Position numbers and translations under genes: made by a program. A model generated the notes under the pieces. The model saw only the letters and a list, made by a program, of their open reading frames with translations, did not search any database and had not been told where the DNA came from. Shown here one piece after another: positions 58,728 through 64,000 of a DNA stretch of 64,000 nt. The stretch is taken from assembly GCA_963713045.1 (NCBI GenBank), contig CAVQKE010000003.1, positions 896,001 to 960,000 of the forward strand. The letters run 5' to 3'. How positions within the stretch are numbered: the stretch's first letter is position 1; each line of letters starts with the position of its first letter. Origin of the DNA: an uncultured delta proteobacterium. GTDB taxonomy: Bacteria; Myxococcota; Myxococcia; Myxococcales; Myxococcaceae.

Positions 58728-61226
58728 ATGGCACAACTCACCTCTCTGCAGTCAGTTCCGGGGAGCCCGTCAATCCCCGAGGCGCCTAGACTCCAGAACG
58801 ACCCTCGGCATCTTCAACGTAGCTTCCTGGCCCACGTCAGCTACACGCGAGCCAAGGGGTGGGGCACCGCGACGGCGCTGGACCGCTTCATGGCCATCGC
58901 CATGGCAGTGCGCGACCGGCTGACGGAACGATGGGTGGCGACCCAACGCACCTACCATGAGCGAGACGTGAAGCGCGTCTGCTACCTCAGCGCCGAGTAC
59001 TTGCTGGGACGTGCGCTTGGAAACAACCTCCTGGCCTTGGGGTTGATGGACGCGGCCCGCGAGGCGCTGTCGGAATTGGGCGTCTCGCTGGAGGACCTGT
59101 TGGAGGTAGAGCCGGACGCTGGCCTCGGCAACGGTGGCCTCGGTCGCCTGGCGGCTTGCTTCTTGGATTCGATGGCGACGCTGGGCTACCCGGGCGTGGG
59201 CTACGGCATTCGCTACGAGTTCGGCATTTTTGCGCAGGAAATCATCAGCGGCCATCAGGTGGAGCGTGCTGATGAGTGGCTCAAGTTTGGTAACCCCTGG
59301 GAAATCGTCCGCCCTGAGCTGACCGTGCCAGTTCGACTTTATGGGCGAGTCGAGCACGGGACACGTTCCGACGGTTCGCCCGTGGCGCGCTGGGTGGACG
59401 GGAAAACCGTTCTCGGCATTCCCTACGACACGCCAGTCGCGGGCTACGCCACCAACAGCGTCAACACGCTGCGTCTTTGGCAAGCGCGAGCCTCGGGGGA
59501 GTTCGACTTCCGCCTGTTCAACGCAGGCGACTATGAGCGGAGCGTGGTCGAGAAGAATGACTCGGAGACCATCTCCAAAGTCCTCTACCCGAATGACAAC
59601 TTTCAGGCAGGCAAGGAGTTGCGTCTCAAGCAGGAATACTTCTTCGTGGCGTGCGCGCTGGCAGACATCATCCGGCGCTTCCTGAAGAAGCCGCGAGACT
59701 TGCGGGACCTTCCCCGCTTCGTCGCCATCCAACTGAACGATACCCACCCTGCGGTCGCAGTGCCGGAACTGCTCCGAATCCTGGTCGACGAGCAAGGTCT
59801 ACCGGCAGAGACGGCTTGGGACATCACGGTGAAGGTGATGGGCTACACCAACCACACGCTGCTGGCGGAGGCCCTCGAGGTCTGGCCGGTGAGCCTTTTC
59901 GAGCGCCTCCTCCCTCGGCACCTCGAAATCATCTACGAGATTAATCAACGCTTCCTCCGGGCCGTTCAAATCAAACATCCCTTCGATGTCGACCGCCTCA
60001 AGCGGATGTCGCTCATCGAAGAGGGACCAGAGAGGAAGGTCCGCATGGCGAATCTGGCGGTGGTGGGGAGCCACAGCGTTAACGGCGTGGCGGCCCTCCA
60101 CACCGAACTGCTGAAGCGCCAGGTGATGCCGGACTTCGCGGAGATGTTTCCTACCAGATTCAACAACAAGACCAACGGGGTCACCCCGCGCCGCTGGCTC
60201 TTGCTCTGCAATCCGGCGCTCGCTGAGCTGGTGACCAGTCGCATCGGACCGGCCTGGGTAACCGACCTCGATCAGCTGCGTGCGCTGGAACCGCTCTCCA
60301 ACGACCCTGACTTCATCGAGCAATTTCAACGCGTCAAGCTGGAAAACAAGAAACGTCTGGCAGCCCATGTTCGGGAGCACTTGGGCCAGCAGTTGGATAC
60401 GACTGCCATCTTCGACGTACAGGTCAAACGCTTGCATGAGTACAAGCGCCAGCTTCTCAACGCGCTGCACGTGGTTTGGCTCTGGATGCGGGCCCGGGAG
60501 AACCCCGCGGTGGTGCTCCATCGCCAAGCTTTCCTCTTCGGGGCCAAGGCCGCACCGGGTTACCAGCTCGCGAAGTCCATCATCCGGTTGATTAACGGCA
60601 TCGCCGAAGTGGTGAACGCAGACGCCGGCCGGACCGGAATCCAAGTGATGTTTCTCCCCAATTACCGAGTCTCATTGGCGGAACGCATCATCCCGGCGGC
60701 CGACGTCTCCGAACAGATTTCGACGGCTGGCAAGGAAGCCTCCGGGACCGGTAACATGAAGTTTGCGCTGAATGGCGCGCTGACCCTCGGGACGCTCGAT
60801 GGGGCCAACATCGAGATTCGAGAGGCAGTCGGGGCTGAGAATTTCTTTCTCTTTGGGCTCACGGCCGACCAAGTCGATGCAACTTTGGCGCAAGGCTACC
60901 GCCCGCGGGAGGTGGTGAGGCGGGATCCAGAGCTCAAGGCAGTGTTGGACTTGGTAGCCTCTGGCTTCTTCTCGCCGGAGGACCCGCATGCTTTCACGCC
61001 GCTGGTCGACGCGCTGCTCGAGGAGGACCGCTATCTGGTGCTTGCCGATTTCCGGGCCTACGTGGAAGCACAGCGCCGCGTGGTGAAGGCCTACCTGGAC
61101 GCCCAGGACTGGACGCGGATAGCGATTCTCAACATGGCTCGGGTTGGTCGCTTCTCTTCGGATCGCACGATTCGCGAATACGCGCGCGACATCTGGGGAA
61201 TCCACCCGGTTGACGTCAAACTTTGA
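58728..61226 (+). CDS. glgP: Glycogen/alpha-glucan phosphorylase
   Basis: GLGNGGLGRLAAC, QLNDTHP, YTNHT, KRLHEYKRQ, EASGTGNMK (PLP lysine). Confidence 0.97.
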   Translation: MAQLTSLQSVPGSPSIPEAPRLQNDPRHLQRSFLAHVSYTRAKGWGTATALDRFMAIAMAVRDRLTERWVATQRTYHERDVKRVCYLSAEYLLGRALGNNLLALGLMDAAREALSELGVSLEDLLEVEPDAGLGNGGLGRLAACFLDSMATLGYPGVGYGIRYEFGIFAQEIISGHQVERADEWLKFGNPWEIVRPELTVPVRLYGRVEHGTRSDGSPVARWVDGKTVLGIPYDTPVAGYATNSVNTLRLWQARASGEFDFRLFNAGDYERSVVEKNDSETISKVLYPNDNFQAGKELRLKQEYFFVACALADIIRRFLKKPRDLRDLPRFVAIQLNDTHPAVAVPELLRILVDEQGLPAETAWDITVKVMGYTNHTLLAEALEVWPVSLFERLLPRHLEIIYEINQRFLRAVQIKHPFDVDRLKRMSLIEEGPERKVRMANLAVVGSHSVNGVAALHTELLKRQVMPDFAEMFPTRFNNKTNGVTPRRWLLLCNPALAELVTSRIGPAWVTDLDQLRALEPLSNDPDFIEQFQRVKLENKKRLAAHVREHLGQQLDTTAIFDVQVKRLHEYKRQLLNALHVVWLWMRARENPAVVLHRQAFLFGAKAAPGYQLAKSIIRLINGIAEVVNADAGRTGIQVMFLPNYRVSLAERIIPAADVSEQISTAGKEASGTGNMKFALNGALTLGTLDGANIEIREAVGAENFFLFGLTADQVDATLAQGYRPREVVRRDPELKAVLDLVASGFFSPEDPHAFTPLVDALLEEDRYLVLADFRAYVEAQRRVVKAYLDAQDWTRIAILNMARVGRFSSDRTIREYARDIWGIHPVDVKL

Positions 61227-61379
61227 GGTTAGAGAGTCCGCCCGGAAACCGGTGCCCTGGATGGAGCAGTTGGAGCCGGCCTTTGGCTTCCATTGAGCGG
61301 CCGCGACATAGTTGTCTGCAAGACGCCTCAGGGCACCCGGGCGTCGCCACCCGAAGCTTGAACGCGGAGGCAAAGTCCA

Positions 61380-62054
61380 ATGGCTTTCGTCGGCTTTGAC
61401 GTCTACGGGACGTTGGTGGACCCGCTGGCGATGGACCGGCCGCTCCAAGCCCACGTGGGCGAACTTTCCCTCCGGTTTGCGACGACTTGGCGCCAGCACC
61501 AGCTCGAGTCCTGTTTTCGCCGCTCGCTGATGGGTCGATATGCGAATTTCGACGTTGTGACGCGCGACGCGCTCCATTTCACGGCGCGCCTGCTTGGCGT
61601 CACGCTGTCCAGCGGAGCGGAAGCGGAACTCCTGGCGGCTTACCTCGAGCTTCCCGCGTTCCCGGACGCACGGCCTGGACTGGCCGCCCTCGCAGCCGAT
61701 GGCCACCAGCTGACCGCCTTCTCCAACGGCGTGGAGTCATCGCTGCGCAAGCTCCTCTCTCAGGCGCGGCTCCTCCCGCCCCTGTCTGGGGTGGTCAGCG
61801 TCGACGACGTCCAAACTTACAAACCCCATCCCGCCGTCTATCAGCAGCTGGTGGCTCGGGGCGGTGCGCCGGTGGACCACACCTGGCTGGTTTCGTCCAA
61901 CGCCTGGGACGTCCTCGGCGCCAAGTCGGCGGGCCTGCGCGCGGCTTGGGTACGACGGAACCCCCAGGCGCCGTGGGAGGGCTGGGGGATTGCAGAGCCC
62001 GACCTGGTGGTCGCCTCGCTGGGTGAGCTGCCCAGTCGGCTCGCCGCTGCCTGA
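61380..62054 (+). CDS. Haloacid dehalogenase type II (HAD)
   Basis: FDVYGTLVD, FSNG, YKPHP, VSSNAWDV. Confidence 0.9.
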   Translation: MAFVGFDVYGTLVDPLAMDRPLQAHVGELSLRFATTWRQHQLESCFRRSLMGRYANFDVVTRDALHFTARLLGVTLSSGAEAELLAAYLELPAFPDARPGLAALAADGHQLTAFSNGVESSLRKLLSQARLLPPLSGVVSVDDVQTYKPHPAVYQQLVARGGAPVDHTWLVSSNAWDVLGAKSAGLRAAWVRRNPQAPWEGWGIAEPDLVVASLGELPSRLAAA

Positions 62055-62114
62055 GGTCCGCCGAGGCTCCTCCGGACGGCGATAATCCAACCAGAGAGGA
62101 AACAATTTGCCTAG

Positions 62115-62155
62115 CGACCGACCGGTAGGTCGTTGCATACCTACCGGTCGGTAGG
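62115..62155. promoter_or_regulatory. Double AibR (TetR) operator
   Basis: CCTACCG-GT-CGGTAGG palindrome at 62140-62155 plus an inverted near-copy at 62115-62129, upstream of aibR. Confidence 0.82.
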
Positions 62156-62212
62156 CTAAGGACCTTGGGGGGAATCCTCCTTTGTGGACGCCATGGCTCT
62201 GGGCAAGATGCG

Positions 62213-62818
62213 ATGACGGCACGTACGCCGGACGACGCTAAGCAGCGTCACCGCGAAATCCTCGAGACCGCGGCGCGACTTATTTGCGCGCGCGGTTACG
62301 AGGCGACTTCCATTCAAGACATCGCTGATGCCTGTGGCCTCACCAAGGCCGGCCTCTACCATCACATCCAGAGCAAAGAGCACCTGCTGCTCGAAATCAT
62401 GAACTACGGGATGGATGTCTTCGAGGAGCAGGTGCTGAGCCAGGTGGAATCTATCGCCGACCCGGTGGAGCGCCTTCGTGCTTGCATGGAGAAGAACATC
62501 CTCCTTGTCACCCGTGGATGGAGCAAGGAGGTCACCATCATCCTGCACGAGCACGCCACTCTGCAGGGCCGCGCACGGACCCAAATCGACGCCCGCAAGA
62601 AGAAGTACGTGCGATTTCTGGAAAGGACCATCGGTGAGGCGGTCAAGGCGGGCAAAGCCCGCCCCGTCAATCCCACCGTTGCCGCCTTCGCCGTTCTCGG
62701 CATGGTGCTGTGGATTTACAAGTGGTACCGCAAGGACGGCGCGGTAGCGGACACCGCCATCGCCCGCGGGATGGTGGACCTCTTCCTTCACGGTTTGGTC
62801 CCGGTGGAGGCGCGATGA
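62213..62818 (+). CDS. aibR: TetR-family regulator AibR
   Basis: ILETAARLIC..TKAGLYHH..IMNYGMD..GWSKEV..LHEHATL..IDARKKKY..LGMVLWIYKW closely resembles M. xanthus AibR as I recall it; followed by aibA and aibB. Confidence 0.88.
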   Translation: MTARTPDDAKQRHREILETAARLICARGYEATSIQDIADACGLTKAGLYHHIQSKEHLLLEIMNYGMDVFEEQVLSQVESIADPVERLRACMEKNILLVTRGWSKEVTIILHEHATLQGRARTQIDARKKKYVRFLERTIGEAVKAGKARPVNPTVAAFAVLGMVLWIYKWYRKDGAVADTAIARGMVDLFLHGLVPVEAR

Positions 62819-63624
62819 GCCTCCCCCGCTGGACAACCCTGTCTGACCTCGCTGGCAGCGTCCCCGACGGCTCCCTGGTAGCTCCCGGCGGTTTCATGCT
62901 GGGGCGGGCGCCGATGGCGCTGGTCTTCGAACTCATTCGACAAGGTCGGCGGGACCTGCGCGTCCTGTCCCTCCCCAATCCGCTGCCGGCGGAAATGCTG
63001 GTGGCCGCCGGTGCAGCTGTGCGGGTGGAATTCGCCTTCTCGGCGCTCACCTTGGGGGGCCGCGTCCGTCCCATGCCATGCCTCAAGGCGGCCATCGAGG
63101 CTGGCACCATCGCCTGGGCAGAAATGGACGGCTACCGACTGGTCCAGCGTCTACGCGCGTCGGCCATGGGGCTTCCCTTTCTGCCCGCTCCGGACGCCGA
63201 GCGCTCCGAGCTGGCCTCGCTTGACCCACCCGCTGTGGTGATTGACCCCTTCACGGGAGACACCGTGCCAGTGGAGCCAGCGGTGACGCCGGATGTCGCC
63301 CTGCTGCACGCGCAGGCCGCGGACGCCGAAGGAAATCTCTTTTTTGAGGACCCGGCCACAGACCTGCTGATGGCAGGTGCAGCCCGCCGCGTGCTGGCGA
63401 CGGCCGACCGCCGCGTCGACCGACTGCCCCGCGTCAGCCTTCCGGCCTTTCAGGTCGAGGCGGTTGCCGAAGTCTGGGGGGGAGCCCTGCCGACCGGCTC
63501 GGCCGGCCTTTACCCGCATGACGAGGCCGACCTCCTGGAATACCTCGCCCTCGCTACCCAGGGAGCGGCCGCCCAGTACCTTTTCCGCCGGAGCGGAGCC
63601 AACGGCACCCGAGACGCCGCATGA
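62815..63624 (+). CDS. aibA: AibA, CoA-transferase-like subunit of 3-methylglutaconyl-CoA decarboxylase
   Basis: GGFMLGRAPMALV, LPNPLPAE, LRASAMGLPF, PDVALLHA; ATGA-coupled to aibR. Confidence 0.85.
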   Translation: MSLPRWTTLSDLAGSVPDGSLVAPGGFMLGRAPMALVFELIRQGRRDLRVLSLPNPLPAEMLVAAGAAVRVEFAFSALTLGGRVRPMPCLKAAIEAGTIAWAEMDGYRLVQRLRASAMGLPFLPAPDAERSELASLDPPAVVIDPFTGDTVPVEPAVTPDVALLHAQAADAEGNLFFEDPATDLLMAGAARRVLATADRRVDRLPRVSLPAFQVEAVAEVWGGALPTGSAGLYPHDEADLLEYLALATQGAAAQYLFRRSGANGTRDAA

Positions 63625-64000
63625 CACTCATGCACGCCGATGCCCTGGTGGCCGCGATGGCTGCCGAGATTCACGACGGCGACGTGGTGGCCACCGGCGT
63701 CGCATCGCCTCTGGCAATTCTCGCCATCGCCGTGGCCAAAGCCACCCACGCTCCGCGACTCACCTACCTAGCCTGCGTCGGAGCGGTCAATCCAGACGTG
63801 CGGCGGCTCCATGCCTCGTCGGAAGACCTGGCGTATCTCGAGCGGCGGCGGGGGGACGTCTCCATCTGTGACCTCTTCGACCATGCCCGCCGCGGCCGCA
63901 TCGACATCATCTTCTTCGGAGCAGCGGAAGTGGACAGCGCCGGTCGCTCCAACATGACTGCGACCGGGTCGCTAAGACGTCCCACGGTCAAGCTTCCGGG
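63621..64000 (+). CDS. aibB: AibB, decarboxylase subunit B (truncated by window end)
   Basis: Not in the ORF track; manual translation MTLMHAD..VATGVASPLAILAIAVAKATHAPRLTYLACVG..SSED..DLFDHARRGR..FFGAAEVD. Confidence 0.87.
   Translation, partial: MTLMHADALVAAMAAEIHDGDVVATGVASPLAILAIAVAKATHAPRLTYLACVGAVNPDVRRLHASSEDLAYLERRRGDVSICDLFDHARRGRIDIIFFGAAEVDSAGRSNMTATGSLRRPTVKLP

Noticed and set aside
62815..64000. Glutaconate CoA-transferase gctAB
   Set aside because: AibR context and the LACVG motif indicate the AibA/AibB decarboxylase.

Overview
High-GC chromosomal window from a myxobacterium (Myxococcota, Myxococcus/Cystobacter-like, judged from gene content and order). The first 17 kb is the type IVa pilus locus (pilB-T-C-S-R, pilA-G-H-I, pilD-S2-R2, a small XRE gene, pilM and partial pilN). 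The pilA-pilI block lies in the opposite orientation to its neighbours, whereas the M. xanthus cluster is co-oriented. The rest holds ribF, trmB, a frameshifted ORF with Sm/Hfq-like features, alaS, a degenerate Hsp70 fusion, a glutamate-cysteine ligase, a large S41 protease and a zinc-ribbon membrane protein. It also holds a compact PhaR-like/ParA/phasin-like/tandem Get3-ArsA cluster (candidate storage-granule system), ruvX-mltG, an acyltransferase/GT-C cassette, prkA-yeaH-spoVR, glgP, a HAD hydrolase and the start of the aib operon with a double AibR-type operator. I recognised no rRNA, tRNA, CRISPR array or mobile element. All calls come from reading motifs and recalling family knowledge; no searches were run.
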